Under the pieces are notes generated by a model. It made no database searches and was not told where the DNA came from. It saw nothing but the letters and a program-made list of their open reading frames with translations. From Candidatus Xenobia bacterium (GTDB lineage: Bacteria > Vulcanimicrobiota > Xenobia > Xenobiales > QWHO01): a stretch of DNA of 64,000 bases. Positions 48,263 to 57,849 of the stretch are shown here, piece after piece. The stretch is taken from contig BTUM01000006.1 of the NCBI GenBank assembly GCA_045863235.1, forward strand, positions 96,001 to 160,000, in the 5' to 3' direction. Position 1 is the first letter of the stretch. Each line of letters begins with the position of its first letter. A program made the translations under genes and the position numbers.

Positions 48263-49276
48263 TCAGGCGGGTCGCCAACGCGCGCGCCACCTCTGGAGTG
48301 GGACTTCGACCAGGCGATAGGAGAGCATTGTGGCCAGTCCCACGGCCACCCAGGACTGCCAGCCGTGGGGCAGCGGGCCATCGTGTGCTTGCAGGAATAG
48401 CGGGTGCCAGAGGTAGAGGCTGTACGAGATGGCCCCCAGCCCAACCATCCACGGCGTGTCCAGCACCCGGACCAGGGGATGCCCCGGGTTGGACACGCAC
48501 CACCAGACAATCCAGGCCAGACAGAGGTCTCGCACGGTAGGAATCAGCACCGCTAAGCTCTCAGGGATGAAAGCTTGCCCTGCATACATCCCCAGGATCA
48601 GGCCCACGGCTGCCAGCATTGTCAAAGCCGTCCGTCGGCCGGGTCGCTGGTCAGCGGTCAGGAGAGCCAGGCTGCTCCCCATCATGAGGGTATCGAAGGC
48701 CGTGGATTGCAGCATGAGCGCCGGGCTGAACGCCAGGTGGCCGGCCTTCAAGATCCGCAGGATCGGCCAGCCAACCACCACTCCGAGCGCCAGAAACGTG
48801 GCGCGGCGCTTTCCGAGGAGGAGCAGCGCCGCCGGCCAGAAGAGGTAGTACTGCTCCTCGTAACACAGGGACCAGGTGTGTTCGATATTGTGGTCCCGGT
48901 GAGCGGACGTCAGGTTGAGACAGTAGCTAGCCGCGAGCAGCAGGCCGATCGGATCGGTGGGCCGGGCTCCCAGAAAGGGGATCAGCACCAGGACGAGCAG
49001 GTAGAGGTAGTAGGGCGGAAAGATGCGCAGGCATCGGCGTATGTAGAACTTCTTCAGGTCGATGCGGCCGTGCCGCTCTGCTTCCTGGAGCAGTAGGCGG
49101 GTGATGAGGTAGCCACTGAGGACGAAGAACAGACTGACACCCAGCCGTCCCGAGTAGGGGAACCACCAGGGCGCGGTCAGGTAGCCCGCGTAGCAAGCGT
49201 GCAGCCAGAGCACCAGCAGCACTGCGATCGCGCGCAGACCGTCCAGGCCGGCCCAGCGGGGGGAGTCGTCGGTCAA
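48263..49276 (-). CDS. Acyltransferase 3 family (OafA-like O-acyltransferase)
   Basis: LDGLRAIA, GVSLFFVLSGYLIT, FYIRRCLRIFP, HTWSLCYEEQYY, ISYSLYLWH. TTG start at 49276 estimated. Confidence 0.92.
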   Translation of the reverse strand: MTDDSPRWAGLDGLRAIAVLLVLWLHACYAGYLTAPWWFPYSGRLGVSLFFVLSGYLITRLLLQEAERHGRIDLKKFYIRRCLRIFPPYYLYLLVLVLIPFLGARPTDPIGLLLAASYCLNLTSAHRDHNIEHTWSLCYEEQYYLFWPAALLLLGKRRATFLALGVVVGWPILRILKAGHLAFSPALMLQSTAFDTLMMGSSLALLTADQRPGRRTALTMLAAVGLILGMYAGQAFIPESLAVLIPTVRDLCLAWIVWWCVSNPGHPLVRVLDTPWMVGLGAISYSLYLWHPLFLQAHDGPLPHGWQSWVAVGLATMLSYRLVEVPLQRWRARWRPA

Positions 49277-49596
49277 ACGATCCTGGTTTGGCCTCCGCGG
49301 AGGATGTCCTCCAATCCATGCGCTGACACAGACCCGCCTGTAGTGCCGACCCGGCGAGCTGCAATCGCGGCGACGAATGGTGATCAACCAACACTTCCGA
49401 CTCGCGGGCCTCGCTTCCACCTGGATCGGATCGCCGGCTGGAGGCGCAGCTCACTGGCACAAGCTGCCCGTGCGCCCCCCTGGCCCGCATTGGCTGGCAA
49501 TTTCGTTTGGAGAGGTTGTCCGGGTCCATCGTCCTGCCGAGCAGGCCATGACCGTCGCGGGAGGGTCCGCTTTGCCGTAATCAGAAAACTGCTCGA

Positions 49597-50517
49597 GTGC
49601 AGCGTCTTGTGTTTCGAGTCCTGATCCTGATCGGTCTGAGCGATGCTCTATTGGTCCTGGCCGTCAAGCGCGATTTCAGCCTTCTGCAGAAGGTCTGCCG
49701 CAGCGGGCTCTCGGGTTGTGCCAGCACGTTGCACGGACCTTACCAGCGCCTTTTGGGGGTGGACCTTGCGTACTGGGGAATTGGTTTCTTCCTGGTGTTG
49801 CTGGCTCTGGAGCTTCTCGGCCCTGGAAGGAGAAGATGGCAGACAATGCTTCTCTTTCCAGGTCTTGCGGTAGCACTGGGCTTGACCTGGATCCAGGTGT
49901 TCTGGCTGAGCACCCTCTGCACATTGTGCCTTTTGACTGTCGGCGTCACTCTCGCTCTTGTCTTGACTCTGGTCATCCGACGCCCGAGCGGACAATTGAC
50001 GCTGCTGGCTCTCCCCTTCTTGCTGGCCCTGTCTGGCTTGCATCAGGACCCGCCCAACGCCCCTGAGCGGTTGGCCCTGCCACCGGCAGTTGCCCCGTAC
50101 CTGATGATCTGGCAGCCTGGTCGGCCCGGTGGAGGGCATGTGCTCGTGCTGTTCGACTACGCATGCAGCCATTGCCGTCAGCTGCTGCCGGACCTGACCA
50201 GGCTTTCCAGAGACCGTCCCGACCTGCGAATTGAAATGCTCTATCTGCCCATTCTCACCAGTTCGAAGTCCGAGCAGTCTGCCCGAGTCGCGCTGGCGGC
50301 TCAGCAGAGGGGAGACTTTCCCCGTGTCCACCGGCGGTTGTGCCTCGAATTCGATTCCCCCGGCTCTTCCTCCGACCGCGCTGAGCGGACGATGGCTCCA
50401 GGTCAGACAGACCCCCTGCCCGCCCTGCGCAAGCTCGGGGCGGAACTGAAGGTCTACAGCGTCCCTCACGTTTATCTCCAGGGGCGCCGAAAAGGGAGCC
50501 AGCTTCGAGAGCTGTGA
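49597..50517 (+). CDS. VKOR-DsbA (thioredoxin-fold) fusion
   Basis: Loop cysteines CRSGLSGC, TM CTLC motif, then FDYACSHC and a cis-Pro SVP loop. Confidence 0.82.
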   Translation: MQRLVFRVLILIGLSDALLVLAVKRDFSLLQKVCRSGLSGCASTLHGPYQRLLGVDLAYWGIGFFLVLLALELLGPGRRRWQTMLLFPGLAVALGLTWIQVFWLSTLCTLCLLTVGVTLALVLTLVIRRPSGQLTLLALPFLLALSGLHQDPPNAPERLALPPAVAPYLMIWQPGRPGGGHVLVLFDYACSHCRQLLPDLTRLSRDRPDLRIEMLYLPILTSSKSEQSARVALAAQQRGDFPRVHRRLCLEFDSPGSSSDRAERTMAPGQTDPLPALRKLGAELKVYSVPHVYLQGRRKGSQLREL

Positions 50518-50674
50518 ACCGTCGGAGAATCGCTGGACGATGGCCCTCAAGCTCGTGGCTCGAGAATCAACTGGAGCCAGCCACGCCCTGCAGCAAACCT
50601 GGTAGCACGGACGGGCCGTCTTCCGCCAGGATGACAATCAGCACTCCTCCCCACACTTTTACTCTCCTCACGTC

Positions 50675-51247
50675 ATGCTGTATACTGCTGTCATGAAGAA
50701 CATGCGAGTGGTCGCCTTTGTCGGGGTCTTGATTGCTCTTGGCGTGTGGGCGTTCCTCGGTTCGCCGAGCCCGATCGAAACGCTGTTGAACGGAGGACAG
50801 GCATCTCTGACCGGTCCTCAAGATACTTACCCTCCTGCTCAAATCGAGGCCGAAATTGTCGAGTTGGCCAATCAGGAGCGGACAGCGAAGAACCTGCCGC
50901 CGTTGCAGGTCGTGGACCAGCTGTCCGTGGCCGCGCGCCTGCACTCGCAGGAGATGCTCGACAAGGACTATTTCGACCATGATTCTCCCACGGCTGGCCT
51001 GACCACCCCCGCTGAGCGCGTTAAGGCTGCTGGTGTCTCGGTTCGGACGGTGGGCGAGAACCTCTATGAGTGCGAGGGCTACCGGGCAAAGGACGTCCCT
51101 GCCAGGACCGTGCAAGCCTGGATGAACAGCGAAGTGCATCGCAAGAACCTGCTCGATCCAGATTTTCGGTGCGTGGGAGTCGGGATTTCAGTCCAGGGGA
51201 AGCATGTTGTCGTCACCCAGGTTTTGTCGGGACCGGCTGACCAATAG
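50675..51247 (+). CDS. CAP/SCP domain protein
   Basis: NQER, AARLHSQEM, YFDH, GENL, WMNSEVHRKNLL, VGVG. Confidence 0.92.
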   Translation: MLYTAVMKNMRVVAFVGVLIALGVWAFLGSPSPIETLLNGGQASLTGPQDTYPPAQIEAEIVELANQERTAKNLPPLQVVDQLSVAARLHSQEMLDKDYFDHDSPTAGLTTPAERVKAAGVSVRTVGENLYECEGYRAKDVPARTVQAWMNSEVHRKNLLDPDFRCVGVGISVQGKHVVVTQVLSGPADQ

Positions 51248-51406
51248 CCATTGACCCGCCGCTCAGGACGACCCGGAATTCATTCCGCCGCGGGGAAGGT
51301 CTGGGTGAGCGGGCCAGGCTGGCAGGCTGGCAGGCATTGGTGCTGACCCAGGCTACCCGACGTGCTTATGAAAGGGCCGCTGGTCGGTTTGCGCCGAAGC
51401 GATGGC

Positions 51407-51436
51407 GAACCTGACCTGAGTGACTCAGTCAGGTTC
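51407..51436. terminator. Hairpin between convergent genes, possible terminator
   Basis: gaacctgac(c)tgag / ctcagtcaggttc 13-bp stem with one bulge, 3 nt past the epimerase stop; U-tract weak. Confidence 0.45.
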
Positions 51437-51439
51437 TTC

Positions 51440-52546
51440 TCAGCTCTCCAAACAGGCTGTATCCGGACTCAGGGCCAGGCTCGCAGGCCTCAATGCTTCA
51501 AGGCTCTGGTCTTTCTCCAAGACAGCCTTTCGGTACCATTGCCAGAATCGTTCGATCCCCTCCTCCACATCGACTCTGGGCTGGTATCCGAGCAACTCGC
51601 CAGCCCTGGTAATGTCTGCGAAAGTGTAGGGGATGTCCGCCTCCATCATCCGTTCAGGGGTAAGTTTTGCTTTGCGCCCCGTCTTCTCCTCAACGATTCT
51701 GACAAAGTCAGAGAGTTTCAGGGGTTGGCCGCGGCCCAGGTTGATCAACGCATAGCCCAATTGACGCTCAGTCGCCGCAATCACGCCGGATACGATGTCT
51801 TCGACATAGGTCCAATCGCGGAACATCTCGCCCTGGTTATAGAGCGGTGTCTCTCGGCCGAAGAAGATGTTGTCGAGAACCCGGTAGGCCATCATGTCCG
51901 GCCGTCCGCGCGGCCCGTAGACGGTAAAGAACCGCAGACTCGTGAAGTTGAGTCCATAGAGGTGGTGGTAGCTGTGAGCCAGGAGCTCGGCGGCTCGTTT
52001 CGTTGCTGGATAGGGGGCCAGGGGTCGATCGCACGGATCCGACTCATTGAAGGGCGTCACCTGGGTGTTGCCATACACCGAAGAAGTCGAGGAGAAGACG
52101 AAATTCTTGACCTGGTAGTCCCGGGCCTTGTCCAGAAGGTTCAGAGTCCCCTTCAAATTGATGTCGATATAGAGCGCTGGGTCCTCGATTGAGTTACGAA
52201 CCCCGGCCATGCCAGCGAGATGGACGACCTTGTCGATCTGGTGTTCTTGGAACAGCCGCTGTAGCAGGCCCGAATCTCGGATATCTCCTTCGACAAACTG
52301 AAAATGCTCAGGACTGGAGTTCTCTTGTTGTATCTCCTGAAGATTTCTACTCTTGCGGGTGGGAGAATAGTAGTCATTCAGGTTATCGATGCCGATAACC
52401 CGCTTGCCCGCTTTCAATAACTTGGTGGCGGCGTGGCTTCCAATAAAACCAGCCGAACCGGTCAGGAGTATTGTCTCCGGCCCTGGCAAGAGTCCTCCTA
52501 CGAATTCGAGCAACTCGACCCCCCACTGCCGTGGCCGCTCTGTCAC
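51440..52546 (-). CDS. NAD-dependent nucleotide-sugar 4-epimerase (UDP-glucuronate epimerase-like)
   Basis: TGSAGFIGSH, HLAGMAGVR, SSTSSVYG, YPATK (YxxxK), RFFTVYGPRGRPDM. Confidence 0.93.
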   Translation of the reverse strand: MTERPRQWGVELLEFVGGLLPGPETILLTGSAGFIGSHAATKLLKAGKRVIGIDNLNDYYSPTRKSRNLQEIQQENSSPEHFQFVEGDIRDSGLLQRLFQEHQIDKVVHLAGMAGVRNSIEDPALYIDINLKGTLNLLDKARDYQVKNFVFSSTSSVYGNTQVTPFNESDPCDRPLAPYPATKRAAELLAHSYHHLYGLNFTSLRFFTVYGPRGRPDMMAYRVLDNIFFGRETPLYNQGEMFRDWTYVEDIVSGVIAATERQLGYALINLGRGQPLKLSDFVRIVEEKTGRKAKLTPERMMEADIPYTFADITRAGELLGYQPRVDVEEGIERFWQWYRKAVLEKDQSLEALRPASLALSPDTACLES

Positions 52547-52702
52547 TTGCTCCTAATCCGGGAGCTTTCTCCGTCCGTCTCTTAGAAGCCTCTCACGACG
52601 TTCACGATTTGTCTTTTGGCGAATTGGCATCCGCCGGGCCAAGGACCCACCGCGCGCCGATGTCGTTCGTAGGTAGGTAGTTGATCAGAGGCAGAAACCG
52701 AG

Positions 52703-53449
52703 CTACCCGACGCTCCGTCCCTTCAAGAGGTGCACCACGTACTTCCCCACCTGCTTGACGTCCCGAGGCTTGAGGGTGGAGAACTGGATCGAGTGCAGAT
52801 AACACCCCTCGTCCTCGTCGTAGCGCGTGTTCAGGTTCTTGGCCGAGATGGAGAGGGTGGGGTAGTTGGAGTAAGGGCCGATCAGGCAGAGCACCTGGGC
52901 CCCATCCTCCACCGTGTTGGCTGACTGCACCAGGGCCCCCCCCACGCTCAGGTTGAGCACCTTGCCATCGGTGAGGTAGTGTCCGGTGCGCAGGTCGCGC
53001 ACTTCGCAACGCAGGGTGGTGGCGATGCGCAGGTGCTTGCGGCGCTGGAAGGCGTTCTCGTCGGCCAGGCCCAGCTCTTGCAAGATCACTTTGACCCAGC
53101 TGCCCTTGAGGTTCTCCTCGGTCTCCACGTAGCGGATGCCTGCGCTCCAGTCGGCGCCCTTCTGGCGGCACCACATGACCTCGCACTGCAGCTTGTTTTT
53201 CTCCAGGCCCGGATAGGCCGAGGCGACGAAGATGAAGTCGCCCTTCTTGAGCTTCTGCACGCCCTCGAGGCGCATGCCGCTGATGCCGATGTCGACCACG
53301 TAGGCTCGATGCTGCTCTACCGAGCCCTCCTGGTTGTAGAGCACGGGGTAGCGGCACAGCACCCGGGTGCGGCTGCGCCCGTCGTGCCCCGACTTGCTGG
53401 GAGGACCCAGAACGATCTGCTTCAGGCCATCGAGAAACCTGGCAAACAT
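52703..53449 (-). CDS. Tandem (double) PilZ domain protein
   Basis: RSRTR...DIGISG and RRKHLR...NLSVGG motif pairs; GGAGG RBS within the upstream gene end. Confidence 0.88.
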   Translation of the reverse strand: MFARFLDGLKQIVLGPPSKSGHDGRSRTRVLCRYPVLYNQEGSVEQHRAYVVDIGISGMRLEGVQKLKKGDFIFVASAYPGLEKNKLQCEVMWCRQKGADWSAGIRYVETEENLKGSWVKVILQELGLADENAFQRRKHLRIATTLRCEVRDLRTGHYLTDGKVLNLSVGGALVQSANTVEDGAQVLCLIGPYSNYPTLSISAKNLNTRYDEDEGCYLHSIQFSTLKPRDVKQVGKYVVHLLKGRSVG

Positions 53450-53453
53450 GGCC

Positions 53454-54821
53454 TCAGACCTCCACGGCCTGGTCGTGCAGAGCGTGCAAAACCTCGTCTA
53501 CGTCCTGGCCGGAGCTGGCGAAGTCGGCCGTAGCCACCTTCACCTTGAGCGAGCCGTTCAGCGAGCTGCCCAGACCCTGCTTGAGACTGGTCACCATCGC
53601 ATCGCGCAACTTGGGCCCCCAATTCGGATCGCGCCGGACCAGCAGCGCGTAATGGCCGTCCTGAAGCATGCCCAGTATGTCCCCGTGCAGCATGCACTGC
53701 TTGAGCGCGGTGTACAGGTTCCTGCGCAGCTCCTTCTGCTCGCGCACCGGCAGCTCGTGCAGCCCCTGCACTCGAACCGAGACCAGCCCCTGGCTGCCGT
53801 CGCGCTGGACGGCCATCTGGGTCAGGCGATCACGGAACACGATCGGGGGCAGGCAGTCCTCCATCAGATCGTCGCCGGCCAGCTGTGAGGTCACCCCCCG
53901 GAACAGGCTGGCGTTGTAGAACGAGTCGCCGGCCCAGCGGGCGATGACTCCCAGCACCTTGACCGAGAGACTGTGAAAGCGTGCAAAGGGAAGAGCGTCT
54001 ACCGAGATGACCCCGATCACGTTGCCGTTGCCCGGGTTGATGATGGGGGCGCAGATCAGCCTTCGGTAACGGCGCTCGGGATCGGGCCCGTCCGGCGGAG
54101 GCGATTCGAGATCGCGCGCGGTCACGGTCTGCTTCTTCTGAACCGCCGACCAGAGCAGGTCGTTGCCGGGGGCAAGGCTGGCTGCTTCCTCGCTCACCGA
54201 GTCCCAGCCTCGAGTGGCGGCCAGGTTCAGCTTCTGGCCCTTGAGCAGGTAGAGCGAGCTCTCGCTGGCGCCCAGGTAGTCGCAGACCAGCTCACAGATC
54301 GCCGGGTTGAGGTCTTTCTCATCCAGCACCGAGAGGCGCCTGGCCAGCTCGGAAAACGACTGGACGGTCGAGACCTCGCCCAGCACCCGGTCGTTCAGCT
54401 CCCGGTTGGCGGCCGTGAGGACGTTGACCCGCTGGCGCTGGCGCTCGCTCTCCGCGCGCAGCTCCTCGAGCTCGGCCCGAGCCTGGGAGAGCTGACGGTT
54501 GCGGGCCTGCTGGGTGGTGCCCAGCACGAAGCCGGTGGCCACCAGCGTGAAGATGATGACGGCATCGGTGGAGCGATCCACGTGCAGCGTCTGCCCCACC
54601 GACATCATGCCGGCGATGTAAGCGGCCACCCCCACGAAGGATGCGAAGAGGGCCTCGGTGCGTCCGTAGTGGATCGCCTCGAGCACGATGACCAGGAGAT
54701 ACGGGTGCAGCATGAGGCCCAGGAACGCAAAGTCGTGGGCCGGGGTGAAGACCGCCCCGATAAACCACAAGACCAGGTACAAGAGCAGGGTCTCGGCGAC
54801 GTATCCATATCGTTGAAGCAT
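53454..54821 (-). CDS. pelD: PelD-like protein (TM + coiled coil + GAF + degenerate GGDEF-like domain)
   Basis: N-terminal TMs with HPY...HYG, coiled coil, GAF region (LICAPI...GVISVDALPF), C-terminal GGDEF-like pattern; stop/start overlap with pelG. Confidence 0.72.
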   Translation of the reverse strand: MLQRYGYVAETLLLYLVLWFIGAVFTPAHDFAFLGLMLHPYLLVIVLEAIHYGRTEALFASFVGVAAYIAGMMSVGQTLHVDRSTDAVIIFTLVATGFVLGTTQQARNRQLSQARAELEELRAESERQRQRVNVLTAANRELNDRVLGEVSTVQSFSELARRLSVLDEKDLNPAICELVCDYLGASESSLYLLKGQKLNLAATRGWDSVSEEAASLAPGNDLLWSAVQKKQTVTARDLESPPPDGPDPERRYRRLICAPIINPGNGNVIGVISVDALPFARFHSLSVKVLGVIARWAGDSFYNASLFRGVTSQLAGDDLMEDCLPPIVFRDRLTQMAVQRDGSQGLVSVRVQGLHELPVREQKELRRNLYTALKQCMLHGDILGMLQDGHYALLVRRDPNWGPKLRDAMVTSLKQGLGSSLNGSLKVKVATADFASSGQDVDEVLHALHDQAVEV

Positions 54822-56332
54822 CAGGCTTTCTTGCCTCCTCGTTGGGGCTGGGCCTCGACCATCTGGCCATTCTTGCGGGTGTAGGTCCCGAAGCGGCCAT
54901 CGGTCATCATGTCGCTCTGGAAGGGGATCTCCTCGGCGACGGGTTGGCTCATGAAGGTGAGATACTCAAGGTGCTGCAGCTTCTTGAACAGCCACAGGGT
55001 GCCCAGGACCAGGCCGGTGGTGCAGCCCACGAAGAGCCCCAGACCGTACCACTCCATGCCTGCCTGCAGGGTCCACAGAGCGGTCAGGAAGGCGACCAGG
55101 AAGGTGACCAGGGACGTGATCAGAGCCTGGCGGTAGAACTGGAAGTAGTAGGTGATCACCAGCACGAACAGGAGCATCGCCTGGGGAGCGGCGCCCAGCG
55201 CACAGATGCGGAACAGGTGGATCTTGTAGGCGTCAAAGTCGTAGAAGCCCTCCAGGAACGGGGCGAATACCAGCGCGCCCAGGGTGCACACCAGCTGCAC
55301 CACCATGATGGAGTAGAGCGCGTCCTTGAGGTTCTGGGTGAGCTTCTGGCGCCGCTGGATGACGATGTCCAGGCCCTTGCGAGCCAGCACGGCGTTGTAG
55401 AAGCCGCGGTAATCTTCGTAGAAGTCCGTCTCGGTGTGCACGAAGAAGACGATCACCGCCGGCAGGATGCTCATCTGAGCAAAGAAGGCGGCCAGGTCGA
55501 TGGGCGGAAAAGCCCACAGATACTCGCCTCGCATTAGCTCGCGGCCGGGCCCGGGGACGAACCAGTAGACGAAGCTCGAGATCCAGAGGGCCAGGTAGTA
55601 GAAAAAGCCCGAGGCGGCCATGGCTGGATAGCGCTTGGCATAGGGCCACCAGTCGAAGTTCCAGCGCGCGTGGAACTCGAACTCGCGGGCCAGGGCCGTG
55701 AGCGTAATGGCCAGGATGGTCACCTGGCCCAGGATCAGGGCCACCAGGTAGGCCAGCACCGGCTCCTGGGTCTTGTGCAGCCAGGTGAAGCGCAGCAGGT
55801 AGGCCATCACCACCGTGACGATCATGCCGCTGGTAAACGCGCTGCCGACCAGGTGATGGGCTCGCACGGCCCCGATGAAGGCCATGATCACCCAGACTTC
55901 GGCCACCAGCACGAACAGGCAGACGGCGCCCAACCGGTAGGCCCAGGTGGTGTCGATGCCGAGCATGAAGACGAAGCCCACGATGGCGTGGAAGACCACG
56001 TTGACCATGGTCACCGAGACCAGGGCGGGAAAGTGCGAATCGAGCCGCAGCGCGTCGAGCTGGTCGGCCAGGTAGCGTATCACCGCCAGCTGCAGCGGCG
56101 CGGTGGTGATCAGGGAGAAGGCGAAGATGTAGATCACCGTCTCCATCAGGAACTGGCTGTAGATGTGGGCCAGGCCCGTGCGGGCGATGAGCAGCTGACA
56201 GACCACCAGGCTGATCACCGTCAGGACCCAGGGGCCGGAAGCCACCAGGGTGGCGTGGATGTAAGCCTTGGTGAAGCCCAGGAAGGTGCCTTCCTGGGTG
56301 TAGGCGCGCAGTTTGAAGCCGATGCCTGCCAT
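54821..56332 (-). CDS. pelG: Pel exopolysaccharide transporter PelG
   Basis: MAGIGFKL N-terminus, SGPW, RYLAD, ETDFYEDYRGFY; about 12 TMs. Confidence 0.95.
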   Translation of the reverse strand: MAGIGFKLRAYTQEGTFLGFTKAYIHATLVASGPWVLTVISLVVCQLLIARTGLAHIYSQFLMETVIYIFAFSLITTAPLQLAVIRYLADQLDALRLDSHFPALVSVTMVNVVFHAIVGFVFMLGIDTTWAYRLGAVCLFVLVAEVWVIMAFIGAVRAHHLVGSAFTSGMIVTVVMAYLLRFTWLHKTQEPVLAYLVALILGQVTILAITLTALAREFEFHARWNFDWWPYAKRYPAMAASGFFYYLALWISSFVYWFVPGPGRELMRGEYLWAFPPIDLAAFFAQMSILPAVIVFFVHTETDFYEDYRGFYNAVLARKGLDIVIQRRQKLTQNLKDALYSIMVVQLVCTLGALVFAPFLEGFYDFDAYKIHLFRICALGAAPQAMLLFVLVITYYFQFYRQALITSLVTFLVAFLTALWTLQAGMEWYGLGLFVGCTTGLVLGTLWLFKKLQHLEYLTFMSQPVAEEIPFQSDMMTDGRFGTYTRKNGQMVEAQPQRGGKKA

Positions 56333-57849
56333 CAGAGCATTCCCACCGCGGTGCGGTCATGGGCCTTGCGGCACTCTTCATACACCTCGCGGTAGCGGGC
56401 GAAGAGTTGCTCCTGGCGATAGTACTTCTCCACTCGAGCTCGTCCCGAAGCCCCCATGGCTTTGCGAAGGTCGGGGTCCTGATACAGTTGCACGAGCGCA
56501 TCGGCAGTCTGGTTGGGGTTGCCCACCCAGGTCAGCACGCCGGCCGGGCCCAGGGCCACGTCCTCGGCTTCCCCTCCGAGCAGCAGCTCGCCGCAGGAGC
56601 CGACATCGGGCGCAATGCAGGGGAGGCGGGCGGCGAAGCCTTCCAAGATGACCATGGGCTGACCTTCCGAGATGCTGGTGAGCACCTGCACGTCGAAGAC
56701 GGGATAGTACTTGCGCACATCCACCCGGCCCATGAAACGGACGATGTGACCGAGATCCAGGGCTTCCACCATGGTCCTCACCTCGGCATAGTAGCTGGGG
56801 TCCTCATCGGTGGGTCCGCACAGGAAGACCTCCAGCCCGGGAATGCGCTCCTCGGCCAGCTTGACGGCCTTGATCAGGGTCTTGAGGTCCTTGATGGGCA
56901 CGATGCGGCCCACGAACCCGACCCGGAATTTGCTCTCGTCTCTGGGCATCGCCAGCTCGCTGGTCTGCTCCAGGGCTTTCAGATCGACCCCGTTGGGGAT
57001 GAGCTTGATCTTGCTGCCGTCGGCCCCGAACTGGATCTGCAACTCCTTGTTCTCGCGGTGCAGGGTGTAGATGAAGTTGGCATTCTCGTAGCAGGCCTTG
57101 CCCAGTCCCACGAAGAGGTTGATCCAGATCTGCTTGAAGGTGCCCAGCCCTGACTCGAGGTTGACCGAGGAGGCCTTGTCCACGTAGATCCAGTCGGCCT
57201 GGGTGATCTCGATGCGGCGCTCATTCACGTAGAGCCCGTGCTCGGTCAAAATCAAAGGCCGCCGGTAGCGGATAGCCGCGATGACCCCCATGAAGCCGCT
57301 CCAGCCGGTGGTCACGGCGTGGTAGACGCGAGCTCTGGGAATCTCCGCCGTGAACAGCTTGAAGAGGGGAAAGTAAGCGTAGCGCCAGGTCCAGAAGAAA
57401 TCGGTGAAGGACACGCGCGGTCCGAAGTCTTGATACATCTGAGTCAGCACATTCCAGGACTCGAGCGAGAAGGCCAGGTCGCGAAACGAGAGGGCGGGGG
57501 GGATGTTGTCGGTGCCGCACAGGTGAGGGAAGGCCCGGGCGAAACCTCGCCCGTGGCCGTTGATCAGCCCCCCCAGGAAGGGTCCGGCTTCGCGCCAGGC
57601 TTTCTCTTTGTCTCCGAAGGTGGTCTGAGGGAACCTGGTGATCACGTCGTAGAGGTTGAACTCGCACATGTCCATCAGGTTGGGGGGCAGCTTGTAGCGC
57701 ATCCGCCTCTCGGTGCTGGCCGACGGAGCCAGGTAGACCAGGCCGAACTTCAGGTCGGGCATTCCCTCGATCAGCTGGTGGATCCAGGTGGAGACCCCAC
57801 CCGGGACATAAGGATAGGTGCCTTCGCAGAAGTAGCAGACGTCAAGCAT
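56332..57849 (-). CDS. pelF: Pel GT4 glycosyltransferase PelF
   Basis: EGTYPYVPGGVSTW, TEHGLYVNERRIEI, GRIVPIKD, TSISEGQP. Confidence 0.95.
   Translation of the reverse strand: MLDVCYFCEGTYPYVPGGVSTWIHQLIEGMPDLKFGLVYLAPSASTERRMRYKLPPNLMDMCEFNLYDVITRFPQTTFGDKEKAWREAGPFLGGLINGHGRGFARAFPHLCGTDNIPPALSFRDLAFSLESWNVLTQMYQDFGPRVSFTDFFWTWRYAYFPLFKLFTAEIPRARVYHAVTTGWSGFMGVIAAIRYRRPLILTEHGLYVNERRIEITQADWIYVDKASSVNLESGLGTFKQIWINLFVGLGKACYENANFIYTLHRENKELQIQFGADGSKIKLIPNGVDLKALEQTSELAMPRDESKFRVGFVGRIVPIKDLKTLIKAVKLAEERIPGLEVFLCGPTDEDPSYYAEVRTMVEALDLGHIVRFMGRVDVRKYYPVFDVQVLTSISEGQPMVILEGFAARLPCIAPDVGSCGELLLGGEAEDVALGPAGVLTWVGNPNQTADALVQLYQDPDLRKAMGASGRARVEKYYRQEQLFARYREVYEECRKAHDRTAVGML

Noticed and set aside
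49377..49580. 67-aa ORF and TGGCAC sigma54-like motif in the oafA/VKOR intergenic region
   Set aside because: No recognisable motif or RBS for the ORF, and the GG-N10-GC spacing is not met.
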